Source: Bilabrum cf. latius
Lineage: Eukaryota
Direction of reading: 5' to 3'
Assembly: GCA_965178125.1 (NCBI GenBank)
Contig: OZ237763.1
Coordinates: forward strand, 248,001-312,000
DNA length: 64,000 nucleotides
Shown: positions 46,966 through 59,200 of the stretch, piece by piece
How positions within the stretch are numbered: the stretch's first letter is position 1
Layout of the letters: each line of letters opens with the position of its first letter
Notes under the pieces: generated by a model
Databases searched by the model: none
The model's input: the letters and a program-made list of their open reading frames with translations, nothing else
What the model was told of the DNA's origin: nothing
Program-made: the position numbers and the translations under genes

Positions 46966-49401
46966 TCAACTTCTGCCCCCTTTCCTGCCGTTTTTTCTCT
47001 TCTTGCTCCTAGGGGACTGTGCTACCAGTGGCATCTCCCTAAACCGCGGATCCAGCCCAAAAGCAGTCCCCATTGCGCTCCGCCGAGTCTTCCTGCCGGA
47101 CTGGTGGGTCTTGGCATTGCCTCGCTCCGCAAGCTGCTAGCCCTATGATTCCCCCTTGGCTGCAGGCGCTCCATCCACGGCAGCAGACACTGCCCGCGCA
47201 CTCTGAGGTCCACGTCCAGCGCCCGGCCGTTCGGTCCTTGTAGAGCGGCCCGATCCACCAGTGGAGTCGTCCTATCCATCGGTGGATGGTCCCATAGCAA
47301 GCGCACTGCCGGCCTCCTCGAAGAGCATCCCCGCCTCGAGCATGTCTGACACCGGAGAGCGCCGCTTCTGCTTGCCAGGGCGACTGCCACCCCCACTGCC
47401 ACCACCACGCCCGTCACCGCCACGCCCGTCACCACCACCGGCATGCCCCATCAGGTGCCTCACCTCGTCCCAGAGACGCATGTCCTTCCTGCCCAGGTAC
47501 ACCTTCACGCGTCCACTTTGGCCACCCCTGGCCGTGCGACCGATCCTGTGCAGCAAGTCGCTAGGGTTGGAGGGGAAGTCGAACACGATGACGTCGGAGA
47601 CAGCGGGCAGATCGAGACCGCGAGCAGCCGCGTCCGTACACACGAGGAAGCGCGTCTCGCCCGCGAGAAAACTGCGGAACTCTGCGCGGCGCCGGATTGG
47701 CGGGATCCCGCCGTGGAGGCTGCTGTGGCCCACGCCCAGCATCTCAAGAAGGTGGCCCGATGCCCTTGCTGATTCGAGGCTGTTGCAGAAAACGAGGGCC
47801 CTCCCCATGTTGGGGTCACCCCCCGAGGGGACAGCCAGGGAGGCAGCGCCACCAGGAACTGACCTTGCGACCACCGCGGCACCGTCGTCCTTCGGGTGCA
47901 CCGCTTTGCGGTGCCTCCTGTCGCCGTCTTCTTTCTTCCACCGCGCCATGAGTGCGTCTGCGTCAGCGGCGAGAGCTTGCGCCTTGTCTGGCTTCCTGGC
48001 AGCTCCACTTCCTTTCCCAGCCCCCGATGCGGAGGAAGAAGAGGTCACCTCCAGCACCTCCACGCGCAGTCCGGCGGGCGGGCGGTGCGACCCAGAGCAG
48101 TTAATGACCTCCAGGCTGGGGAACAAATCGAGCAGTCGCTCTAGGGCCGACCTGGGCATAGTGGCAGCAGCGAATGCCAGCTGGCACGCAGCAGGCAGCC
48201 CGACGGCACCAGCCGCCTGGCCTTGACCCGAGCCAGTCGGTAGCCCCAGCGGCACGATGGGTGGATCACCAGAGCCTGCTTCTCTCTCCTCTGTCGATGA
48301 CGTGGCTTCCCCCGTGCTGCTGGCGGACTCCCAGGACTGAGCGTCCCTCGCGATGTCACTCGCCTGGCTCGGTGATCCCTCCGATGAATTGCCGCTGTTT
48401 CCCGCATCCCTGTCGGCGTTCGCATCTTCTGAAACATCGGCATCTGCTCCGACCAGCGACCTCGCCTCGGAGCCAGCGAACGTTCCTTCCTCCCTGGCGA
48501 GCCTCGACAGGATTGGACTCAGGATCGCGTCGACCTCCTCGGAGAAACTACCACCCTCTGCTGATTTCTCCGACGCCCGAGCCGCCGCAATGTGCCGCAT
48601 CCTGCCCTTGGAACGATCCGCAGCGTGCCTCGCCGCCCGCCTGCCGCTGCTTCTCGCCAGCTTGCCTGCGTGCTGGCCCGCCTCGGTCAGTGTGTCGGCC
48701 TCGTCGACCACCACTCTCCGCACGTCGCTCAAAGAGACGTCACCATTCTAAACGAGGTCCAACAGTCTTCCTGGAGTTGCGACCAACACGTCACAGGGCG
48801 ATCTGAGCCGCCTTCTCTGCTGGGAGCGGGGCACCCCACCGGTGATGGCGGCCGAGCTGAGCTTGAGCGAGTGGCACAAGTGCTTCGAGACGAGGCCAAT
48901 CTGCTGTGCCAGCTCTCGCGTTGGCGCTAGCACCAGCATTCTGGGGCGTCCTGGGCGGGACAAGACGGAAAACCGTTCCTCTTCCTCCTTCATTCCAAGC
49001 ATCAGCGGAGACAGGTACGCCAGAGTCTTGCCGCTCCCCGTTGGAGCGACGAGCAGCGCAGATGCGCCTGAAGCTAGGATAGGTGCTGACAATTGTTGGA
49101 CCTCCGACGGGTTGCCAGCGCCAATCTGGTCCAAAGCATTCGCCAGCGCGAGTCTTGGAGAGGGCTGCTGCTCGGCCGTCCGATCGTGTGCTGCTACTTC
49201 ATGTGCCACACCAGAGTATAGCCGCTGGCAGCCTCTACAGCATGCAGATATTGGTATGTCGCGCTTGCAAGATGCGCTCGATCGCCATTGCGAATTTGTG
49301 CAGCTGAAAATGCTCCGGTAGGCTTGTGTTGTTCCGAATCGCAGCAGTTGTGGCCCAAGCCAAGCACGGCGAAGCGGAAAACGAGCCTTGCCTCGCCACA
49401 T
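46966..49401 (-). CDS. DEAD-box RNA helicase, probably mitochondrial (RH39/DDX28-like); in-frame TAG at 48748, 47272, 47143, 47137
   Basis: Q motif PSEVQ, APTGSGKT, LAPTREL, ATPGRLLDLV[TAG]NGDVSLSDVRRVVVDEAD, TDAAARGLD and HRIGRTAR. Arg-rich N-terminus. Stop TGA. Confidence 0.9.
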
Positions 49402-49541
49402 CGTTTAATTAGTATTGATGCACATTTAAATTGGGTCCACTGTGGTATCCAGCGTGCCTGTGTCTGCTCGCCGACCGCACAACTTGAAGTCAATTTTGCT
49501 CCGAATCATGGAATTGGGGGCCGACAATTTGCGCACTGTGT

Positions 49542-52500
49542 ATGCGAGCAGGCAGACGTATACCGCCTGTACTTGCCCGGATCTTTCGAATATAGCCACA
49601 GCTTACCGCCAGTTTCCGGACAAGCGCTACAGGATTGCTCCATCGGACGGTTGATCGCGTTCCAGATCATCGGGTGCAAGCCGCAGGAACGCGAAAGTTC
49701 TCGGTCAACTCTGAAAGCTCTGTTTCCGAGGAATTCGCGGACCTCAGCTTAGTACCTATTAATACTACCTTTGAGTGGCTTGTGGACGCGAACCCCCGGC
49801 ACGATTGCATGGAACTGGTCAAAGTTCCAGTTCTTCGTGCGTGCCGTGATACAATCGCGGGAAAAGACACATACCGCAGCGTAAGCTCGGTAGCCAGGTC
49901 GCTTGGAGCGGCTGGACAAAAGAGGAGCGCAGATCACATCCGTCAAAGCGATTTGGCAAGCGAACAAAGCGCCAAAAAAGCTAGAGTAGTTGGTTCCGAT
50001 CTAGATCTGGAAAACCAAGAAACGATGAGCAGTTCAGACAAAGCATTGACGACGACCGAAACTGGCGGCATCAAATGCGAAATAGTTGCGCGGCACTCGG
50101 TGGAGATGAGCGAGGTGGAAACGAGCATCTTCAAGCTGCTCCGCGACGTCCTCAAGGCGCGAGGCCTCAAGACCACGGTTCGGGTCGCCGGCGGCTGGGT
50201 CCGAGACAAGCTGCTGGGGCGGTAGAACCACGACATTGACATCGCAATCGATGACATGACCGGCATTGAGTTTGCAGAGCACGTGCAGGCATGCATGGAG
50301 TCTCAGGGGCTGGAGACGCGCACCATCGCCAAGATAGAGGCCAATCCAGAGCAGAGCAAGCACCTGGAGACAGCAACAGTCAAGATCTTCGACATGCCCA
50401 TCGATTTCGTGAACCTTCGCGCCGAGGAGTACACGGACAGCCGCATTCCCACCATGCGATTCGGCAATGCGAGGGAGGACGCCGACCGCCGCGACTTCAC
50501 CGTGAACGCACTCTTCTACAACGTGAACACAGGTGCCATTGAGGACCTCACAGGGAGGGGCTACATTGACCTGAAGGCAGGCGTCATCCGCACGCCGCTG
50601 CCCCCGCGCACCACTCTGCTGGATGACCCCCTAAGGGTCATGCGGGCCGTCCGCTTCGCTTCGAGGTATGCCTTCCACATCGTGCCAGAGCTGAAAGCCT
50701 CCATGATGGACCCCGTGGTGAGGGCGGCGCTGGGGAACAAGGTGAGCAAGGAGCGGGTGGGAAGTGAGCTGGACGGCATGCTTTTGGGCCAGCGGCCAAT
50801 CGGCAGCCTTCGCATGCTGCACGACTTTGAGCTCCTGGCCACCGTGTTCGAGCCCTGCTGCCCCCTCTTCGTCTTCGAGGACGAGGTCACCAAGGCACAG
50901 GATGCCGTGAGAGAGGCGAAACGGGCAGAGTAGGCGGCCAAGACCAGCAAGAAGAGCAAGAAGAAGACAAAGGGGAATGATGCCGGTGCGGATGCTGCCG
51001 CCTCTAGTGGCAAAGCTGCGGTGAGCGTGGAGGGGTCGAAAGCCTCTGCACCCGCTCCCGCAGCAGAAGCCTCCGGTGCTGCTTCTGGGGCAAGAGCCTC
51101 TGAGGAGGAGAAGGCCATCGATTCGATCCCTCCCAGTGCAGTTGACGAGGTTCTGTCCGATCCCATCATGCAGGCGGGACTGAGGCTGCCCGGCCTCAAG
51201 GGACTCCTATGGCCTGTGGGGGCGCTCGGTGGCGATTCTGCAGAGTGTAGCGACGCTGCTGCGTCTACTGCTGCACCCTCCACCGCGGGTGGGGAAGCTC
51301 CGCCAGTCGCAATCAGGAGCAACTCAACGGGGGCGCGATTCGCCACGGACACATCCCCGGGCGGGTGGCCCCAGGCCATGTACGAAGAAGGCAGCGAGAT
51401 CGTGGACGGGCTTGACGTGCTGCTGGGCGTGCTAGGGGACAAGGGGCCCAGCGTGAAGGACGCGCACAAGATGTTGACTGCGTCCTCCGTGCCTGCTCTT
51501 GGGTCCTCGGGATCCGCGAGCAGCCTGCTCCCAGGGGACGCTGGGTCTGCCGACGCAGCGGCTGGTGGTGCTGACGGCTCCGGAAAGGACGGTGTTGCGC
51601 CGAGTTCCATCGCTGCAGCCTCAACCGGCGCTGCCTCCGGTGCTGGAACGGGGGCCTCTGGCGCCGAGTCGACAGAGATGACGGTCGTCCCACTCCACAG
51701 GCGTGTTGCCAACCACGACGGCGTCGCGGATGACTGGACCAAGCAAGCCGACGAGGCAGTCTAGGGTTCGGAGGCATAGCAACTCCATGTTGAGGCCGAT
51801 TTCTCCCCGGCTGGTACCCATGCCGCCAAATCATCCATCGCGAGGCACGTGCCTGTGCTCGATGGCGATTAGCCGCTGCTCGGAGATGAGGAGGACCTCC
51901 GCGTGACTCTCCTTTCAGGCATCTTGTGGTCGCTAAGGGGCTTGCACACGCTTGCTTTTGACGGGAAAGACAAGGGAAGGGGGGCACCTGCGACCAACAT
52001 GGTCATCAAGTACGCCATCAAGCGCAAGCTGGCGGACGCATCCGCTGCAGTGGACCTGCAGGTGTGCGCCACCCAGTTGAGGCAGGTGGCGAGAGACATC
52101 GACCAGGAGGTGCACCGTGCGGGGCTGCACGTCGAGTCTGATAGTGCTGCGCACGATGTGGAGGAAGCGGCGACTCCTAAGATAGGTCGTCTTGATACGA
52201 GCTCTTCCACAATGTCGCACGATCGAAGCATCGAGGTCACCGACCCGGCCTACCTCAAGCGCGAAGAATCTACCCGGAAGATGCTGCACGAGGGCATCCA
52301 CAAGACGATGCGCAAGCTTGTCTCCCACAGAGACTTGGCCAGGCTGCTGCATGAGGGTGAGGCGGGCGACTGGGACGCTGGGGTGATCGCCCAGGCAGCG
52401 TCTGAGGAGGCCGTCACCCTCGCTGGCCCTGTCGTGGGTGGTGCCAGCGGTGATGTGCTGGGAGATGCCCGGCTGCGTCTCGCGACCGCCATTCGGGCGT

Positions 52501-53072
52501 GCAAGGCCAAGTGGGCGCAGGCGCGCCTGCTGGCACTGGCTGCGGACATGCGCGATTTGGCCGCGGTCTCTCATAGGGTTAGGGGGGCAGGAGATGGTGG
52601 CGATCCGGTGGTCGGCGGGGGTGCAAGCGCTGCGTCTGCTGCCGACGATGGCAAGGCGCCCGCTGAGGAGGCAGCAGAAGTCACAGACGAGGAAGACGAA
52701 CCGGAGATGCGTTTGCTGGATGCCAAGCAGAGGCTCGGCCTGCTGCCAATGAAGGAAGAGGACAGGCTCGCGAAGGCAAGCCACGACGAGCGCCGCACGC
52801 TGCTTGACCACGCCCTCAAGCACGTCCTCCGAAAGCACCTCAGGATTTGGTGCCTTGCGGCCCACTGGGAGTGCGACAAGGCATGGCAGATGCGACCACT
52901 GGTGAACGGCAAGGAGCTCATGAAGATGGGCGCTCCACCCCGCGAGGGGATGCGGCAGCTGATGCAGGAGCAGACGGACTGGCAGCTGGTTCGCCCCCGT
53001 GCCACCAAGGAGGAGTGCGTAGCATTCTTGCAGGAACGGATCGCGGCAATGACTGCTGGCAAGTCCTAGTAA
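49542..53072 (+). CDS. CCA1: tRNA CCA nucleotidyltransferase (class II) with N-terminal presequence-like extension and large low-complexity insertion; 7 in-frame TAGs
   Basis: RVAGGWVRDKLLGR[TAG]NHDIDIAID, IDFVNLRAEEY..SRIP, EDADRRDFTVNALFYN, LLDDPLRVMRAVRF, KVSKERVG and C-terminal RPLVNGKEL. TAGs at 49593, 50223, 50931, 51762, 51777, 51870 and 53067. Stop TAA 53070-53072. Confidence 0.92.
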
Positions 53073-53297
53073 CTTTAGTCGCAACTCGTGAGCTTTTTGG
53101 TGGACCTAACGTGCAAATTATGCTCGATCGGATATGGCGAAATTGTCTTGTAGTCTACTATACGCAGTAAAACAATATCCATATCAGCAGTAGCTCAATC
53201 AGCTCGATCGACACGAGCAGACAAACAAAAACAACGGGCGCTGTCATCGGCTGCACGCCGAATAGACACCCACAATGATTCGCACGATAGCTGCTCA

Positions 53298-56200
53298 TCA
53301 CCTCCTGGTCAGCCTCCCACGGCCTCGGCCACGTCCCCTACCCCTGCTTGACCTTCCGCTGGCTCGGCCGAAGGCACCACCCCCGCCAACGATGGTGCCC
53401 GCACCACCCCGCCCCTGACTCTCTGCAGACGCGCTTGACTCCGCACTACTGCTTCTAGGCGGCATGGGGATGTGTTCACCAGCGGCTGAGCGGCCACGGG
53501 CACCCGCAGCTGCCATCGGGTTTGTGAATGGCTCCCCATCATCAGTGGCGGCGGGTGCGGCAGGGTACTGCGGTGCCAGCGTCACTTCTCTTCCTGCTAT
53601 GCTGGCCGTTCCGAACACGCCCCGCTCTTCCTCAGCCGCATTGCCAATCGACCGCCCCCTTTGCAACGGGTTGGCCACGGCCGATCCGAATGCGCTGCCA
53701 CCGCTCCGACCCGCATCACGAGCACGACCCGACTCCCCGGCTCGCTGGATGGACCGAAGCCGCGCAGGCGATAGCAGCGGGTTGCTGCTCGCAGCCTCGG
53801 CGACGTCGTGAATGCTCTCGCTCGAGTGCTCATCGATGGAGCCAAGGATTGGCCGGCCTCCTCGCCTGCCCGCTTGTGACACGACAACCTGCCCATCTGA
53901 CGGCCCCTGGAGCCGAAGGCCTCGACCCTGCCTTGCCTTCGATTCCAGACGTCTCCGCTGGTCAGGAGTCATCGCGGCTAGCACGTGCGCCGGCAGCGAC
54001 TCGCCCTCGCTTTCGCTCGAGCCCTGATTTGCCATGCGCATCATGCGCATCATGCCGCCATGGCCACCGCCCATGCCTCCCATCTCCAGCGCATCACCAG
54101 GCATGGCATGCTCCTCCTCGAGCCCTTCCGCCTTTCGTCTCGCCGCCAAAATGGCACTGGCACGGCCTGCTTCACCATCGGAAGCAGCGTCATCGCTCCC
54201 GGTCGAGATGCTCCTGCGCTTGCCCTCGCCGCTCGCCAGCCTCTGCCTCCTGGCCGCCTCCTTTCTCTCCTTGGCCTGCAGAGCCAAGTGGCGGACCAGC
54301 CCGGCGCTGGCTCCGGTGAGTGGCAGGGACGAGGCCGGCGCTTCGCCTCCATTGCCGCCCTCGCTCCCTTGAGAGCTCTGGCTGCCATTCGAGGTCGATC
54401 TTGACCTGGGCTTGCGAGCTCCAGCCACGCCCAGTAACCTCGCGGCGCGAGCCCCGCCAGCGATGCTTCTGAACCCGTCGAGTGGGTTGGCCTGTGACAC
54501 TTTCCCTGGGCTGTCCTTCCTGCTCAAGGCTGGAGCACCGCGGCCCGGATGGCTAGATGCGGCCTAGGACAGGCCGAGGAGCGGGTTCACGCCGGCGGCC
54601 TCGTCGATAGGACGCATGGCTGCGTTTTGGTTAGCGGCAGCTCGGATCAGGGAGCTCCGGCCGCCGCTTCCGTCTCCATCTCGATCGGCACCCGAGGCGT
54701 CGCCGCTGCCCAAAGTCATTGGATTGGCACCTGCGGTCAGGTTGGCAATCCTCTGCTTTCGAATCTCTTCTGCCTCTTTCTTGGCGGCGCGGGCTGCCCT
54801 CGCCTGTTCCTTCCGTCTTGCCCTCGCTGCAAGCGCCAGCCCGCTGACAGCCTCACCGGCTTCCATCGAGAACTCGTCTGAGCCCTTCTTGTCTCCCGTT
54901 CCATCATTACCATCTTGGTTGTCGTCTGGCGAGGCCACGCAAGGGCACAGGAAGGCGCAGTGACCAGCGCTGTAGGCTGCGCAAGCACCAAGCAAAGCAA
55001 CATACAGCGCAGTCAGCACAGCAGCTGCCACTGGAGCCAGGTTCAGCACCAGCACAGTGTACCCAAAGCCCCCACGAGCGTTGGAGTCCACGCCATCGTC
55101 ATACGCGAGGAGCCCGAGCAGCACAGACGTCGCCTGCACAAGCAGGCAGGACAGCTCCAGCCCGTTCAGCCACTTTGTGACGTATGGCCGTGTGAGTGCC
55201 TGCGCGATCACGGAGCAGCTAAGCACACCGAGGAGGCCGTAAGCCTGCACTCGAGTGCCGGCGCCTGCCAGCGCAGCAGTCGAGATCGACATGATGGCCT
55301 GCCGAACGAGCAGCAGGGGCGCCCACCAGGCGTACTTCTTGACGCGCATGCCTGCCAACCACGCACCCCACCAAAGGGGCCAGGGAGCGTCGGGGTCGTC
55401 GCCGTCCTGAAGCAGTTCACCGTCCGGCCTCACGTGGGTGTAGCGGGTGCCGCATCCCTCCGGTGGGGAGCAGGTCCTGCGCCAGCAGCCCTTCCTCTGA
55501 TGCCTGCCCGAGCCAGCGCGGGCCGACGATTCCCAGCAGCAGCAGTCGCAGTCGCACAAGGGTTTTGTCCCGCACCAACCTGGTTGCGCCTGGTCTCCCG
55601 CTCGTTTGACAGCCTCCCGCTCTCGCTGCTCCCTCTCCCTTTTGGCCCTCCTTCGAGCCAGCTCCGCTTTCATGACATCACCAGGACGGGCCATCATCAC
55701 CTGCCCGCCCACCCTGGTGGCAGTGGCCCCCGCAGACTTGCCAGCACCAGGCGCGCAGCACAGTGGCCTGGCCTGCTGGGCCTCGCGTCCGATGCCTGAC
55801 GTGCACCGGTACAGACGAGCTAGGAGCGGGAAGTTCTGCGGGAGTGACAGCAGCATGGCAGCTGGCAGTGCCACCAGCAGCAGGAGCAGGAGCGGCCCAG
55901 CGAAGCCAACCTGCAGGCCCACCACGGCGGGCGCGTCGCACCGCGCGCCGAGATCAAACAAGAGCACCTGGATGGTGAGACTGTCACCACCACCGGAATC
56001 AGAAGTCATTCCAACCGTATCGTTACCACCTGTACTCGCACGCAGAGAGCCAGGACTATCGCTGGCAGCAGAGGCGCTGTCATCGGGCGGAGTCACGCTG
56101 CCAAGGCCTTGCATGTACACGCCCTGTGGGCCCACAGAGACGCATAGCAGCGACAGCACCAGCGTGTCAGCCATGGGCGCGCACCACACGCACACCGCAA

Positions 56201-59200
56201 TGGCAACAGCAGCCACGAGGCCCGTCCATCCCCTTGGTCCAAGGAAACGCGGTGGCACCGACCCATCCATCCCAGGCCGCGCAACCACCTTCTCACGCCC
56301 GCGCCTGCCGGCGCCCTCACCAGGTTCACCATCGCTTCCCTCCTCGTCGGAGCTCCACAGGAGGTCAGGCGGGAGCCCGTCCTCCTGCGGCCTCGCCGCA
56401 ACGGCAGCATCCATGGCCAGCGGGTTCTGCGCCGTTTGTCTCGCTCTGGCTGCCATCCTGCTAATCCCGTGCCTGCCGGTGGCTGCGCCTGCAGCCAGCC
56501 TCCGGGGGGCCGGCTGCGCAACGGCGGACCGTCCAGCGCCGTTCTACGCCATCTGTCCCTGCATTGCTGCTCGCAGCGGGTTGCTGGCACTGCCGTTCTG
56601 TGCACCAGACAGCGCCTGCCGCTGCATGCCCAGCCTTGAAGGGAACGCAGCCCCGTCGTCATCCTCATCGCTGTCTCGATCCAGCGCCATCCCGCCCTGG
56701 AGGCCGTCCGACTGCCCATGCAGCACATCGTCGTCATCAATGGCAGCAAATCGAGGCCCCTGTCTCTACCCAGAGCGGCCAGGCAGTCGTCTGGCGTTCT
56801 GGGATCTCTCCCTGCGCACGAGGTCAGCGGCCCTTCCAAGCTCCCCCGCGTCCAGCAGGTCAGCAGCAGCGCGATCGTTGAGCTTCTTCTTGCGCATGCG
56901 GTCCCGGTTGTGGATTTGCTTGGCAAGCTCTGCATCCTTCTCGATCTCCTCCTCCATGCTACCGTCCACATCGGCGGCCATGGCCCGGATTTCAGCGCTG
57001 CTCAGCGGCGGTGGGTTTAGCAGCATCTCGAGGCAGGGCACCCGCTTGAAGCACCACCGCAGCATGTAACGGGAGAGGGGAGCAAGTAGCGCCACGGCCA
57101 TAACCAGTAGAGTGGCAGCCACAACTGGCAGCAGGACAGGAGACTCTGCCAGCGAGTTGGGATTACCTGGCACCGGGCCGGGGTCTGGCAGAGCCTCAGC
57201 GTCGCCTGCCAGGACAGACGCAGCGCAGCGCACCGATGCCACCTGCGGCCAGGGATTGGACACTGCGTCCGCGGCCAGGAACAGCCCAAGCACCGCATTC
57301 GGCCAGCCCAGGTCCACTCGGCTAAGGAGCGCAAGCACCTGCAGGTGCCAGAAAATCACGATGGATGCCCGAGCCCAGTGGCCCGCCCGACCTTCTGGGT
57401 GCATGTTCTCGACCGCTGCGGTGTACGCCTTGGAGCGCCTCCTCCTCGCAGCAGCCAATGGGCTCTCGGAGGCTGAGCCCTTAATTGCAGCGCTCTATCC
57501 CTCATCGCCGTCCGCGCGCGTGGAGGGCTGAGCCTTGGAGTCCGCGCCTGGCGTGCCGGGAGCTAGGGCGCGACCTCCCATGCCGACATCGTCCTCGGCC
57601 TCGGAGTCGCTATCATCCAGCCCAAAGTGCGCGTTCACAAAATCACCCTTCTTCTTTGGACCCACCTTGCCATCCCCGCGCCAGGACTGTGCCATGAGGG
57701 CTAGCGACAGGCGTGGCGCACGCCTCCCGCCGGCACCAGGTGCGTCTGTACTTTCCGCGGAATTTGATGAGCTCGGGTTATCCAGCTCCTCCTCGTCGCT
57801 CTCCTGCATCTAGTGGCACAAATCGCACCCTGACAGCCAAAACATGAAGCCCTTCGGCCGCACCCCCCGCCTGGGCCTCGCCCTGTACTAGGAGGGCCTC
57901 ACGCCGTACACCACGCGATCCACGCTCCAGCCCGCGAACACCCACACGATCACGGCACCGAGAAGCGCCACGAGCAGAGAGAGGACCCACACGCCGGGGC
58001 TAGGGCACTACTCGCACGCAAACACGCCGTCTCGTGTCCAGCCCTGCACGCACCCGGTGCACAGGACACCCCCGTGCCCATCCACGCATCGCTCCATGGA
58101 TGCAGGGTTGAGGCTGCTCAACGCATCGTCTCCTTCCGTGTAGAACTTGATCGGCGGCAGCTCCGGTGGACTGCGCGACGACGACAAATTCGTGCCACTC
58201 GTCTGAAGATGTCGACCATGACGGTAATGGCGTTGTGCGTGAGAAGCTGAGCCAAGCAGCCGGCTGGCTCCCGCGTCAGACACTGCAGTCGATTCCGCCA
58301 GTTGGCTGCTGCTGCCCTCCCCGCGCCCCTGCGATCCGATGCAATTGTCGGGTATGGGACAGGGCGCGAATACGAGCGTGTCCGAAGAGGCCCATGGCAG
58401 CCTCCAGAATCCCGACTGGGCCGTCACGTTCCCGGCAGCGAGACCCGCGCAGTCCGCGCCCCTTGGGCAGTCTAGGCATACGACCTCAGAGGCAGTCTCC
58501 GGGTCCGACTCGTCGAATGCCTCTGTCGAAAGGTACTGGAACGGGGGGCAGGCAGCCACGGCAGCACGGGACGACACTGAGGAGGGTCCGAAACCGCCCG
58601 CGTTCCGTGCTCGGACTGCCACGACCAGCGGGTCGTCAGACACGGCAAGGGGCAGTCTCGCAGACAGCCGCTCCCACGGGCCCCCTTCGACTTGGTCGGT
58701 TTCCTGTTCTCCTACCCGGGCCACCTGCAGCAAATCACCGTACCCAACGAGGGATGCAGCAAGCGCTGACGATGCCTGCAGCCCTCTCGTCTCGGCTGCC
58801 ACGCGAGATGCTGGAAGCGTGAGCCAGCCGTGATCAGGCGCTCGTGGGATCTCAGCCGCACTGGCATCCTAGTTGGCCGGCACGCTCGAGTTGGAAGTGC
58901 CAGATGCGTCCCAAACGGTCGCCGAAACAGGGTCTCCATGGAACAGCCACACGCCTGCATCTGAGATCATGAGGCCCTCATCCAACTCAGGGCGGTGCTC
59001 GCTGGTATCTGAGGCAGCCCAAGCATCCGCCAGTCGCCTGGCGTCGCTGTAGCGAGCCCAGGCAAGGTCAAAGCCGGTGGCAGGGCCTGTCTCCTCTGTG
59101 CCTTCCCTGATCCACAGCGGCAGGTGCCACTACACAGACAGCCGGCTGGCATCACCGGTAACCCGGTCCGTCTAAAGCTCCTGCGGCCGGACCCTTGGGC

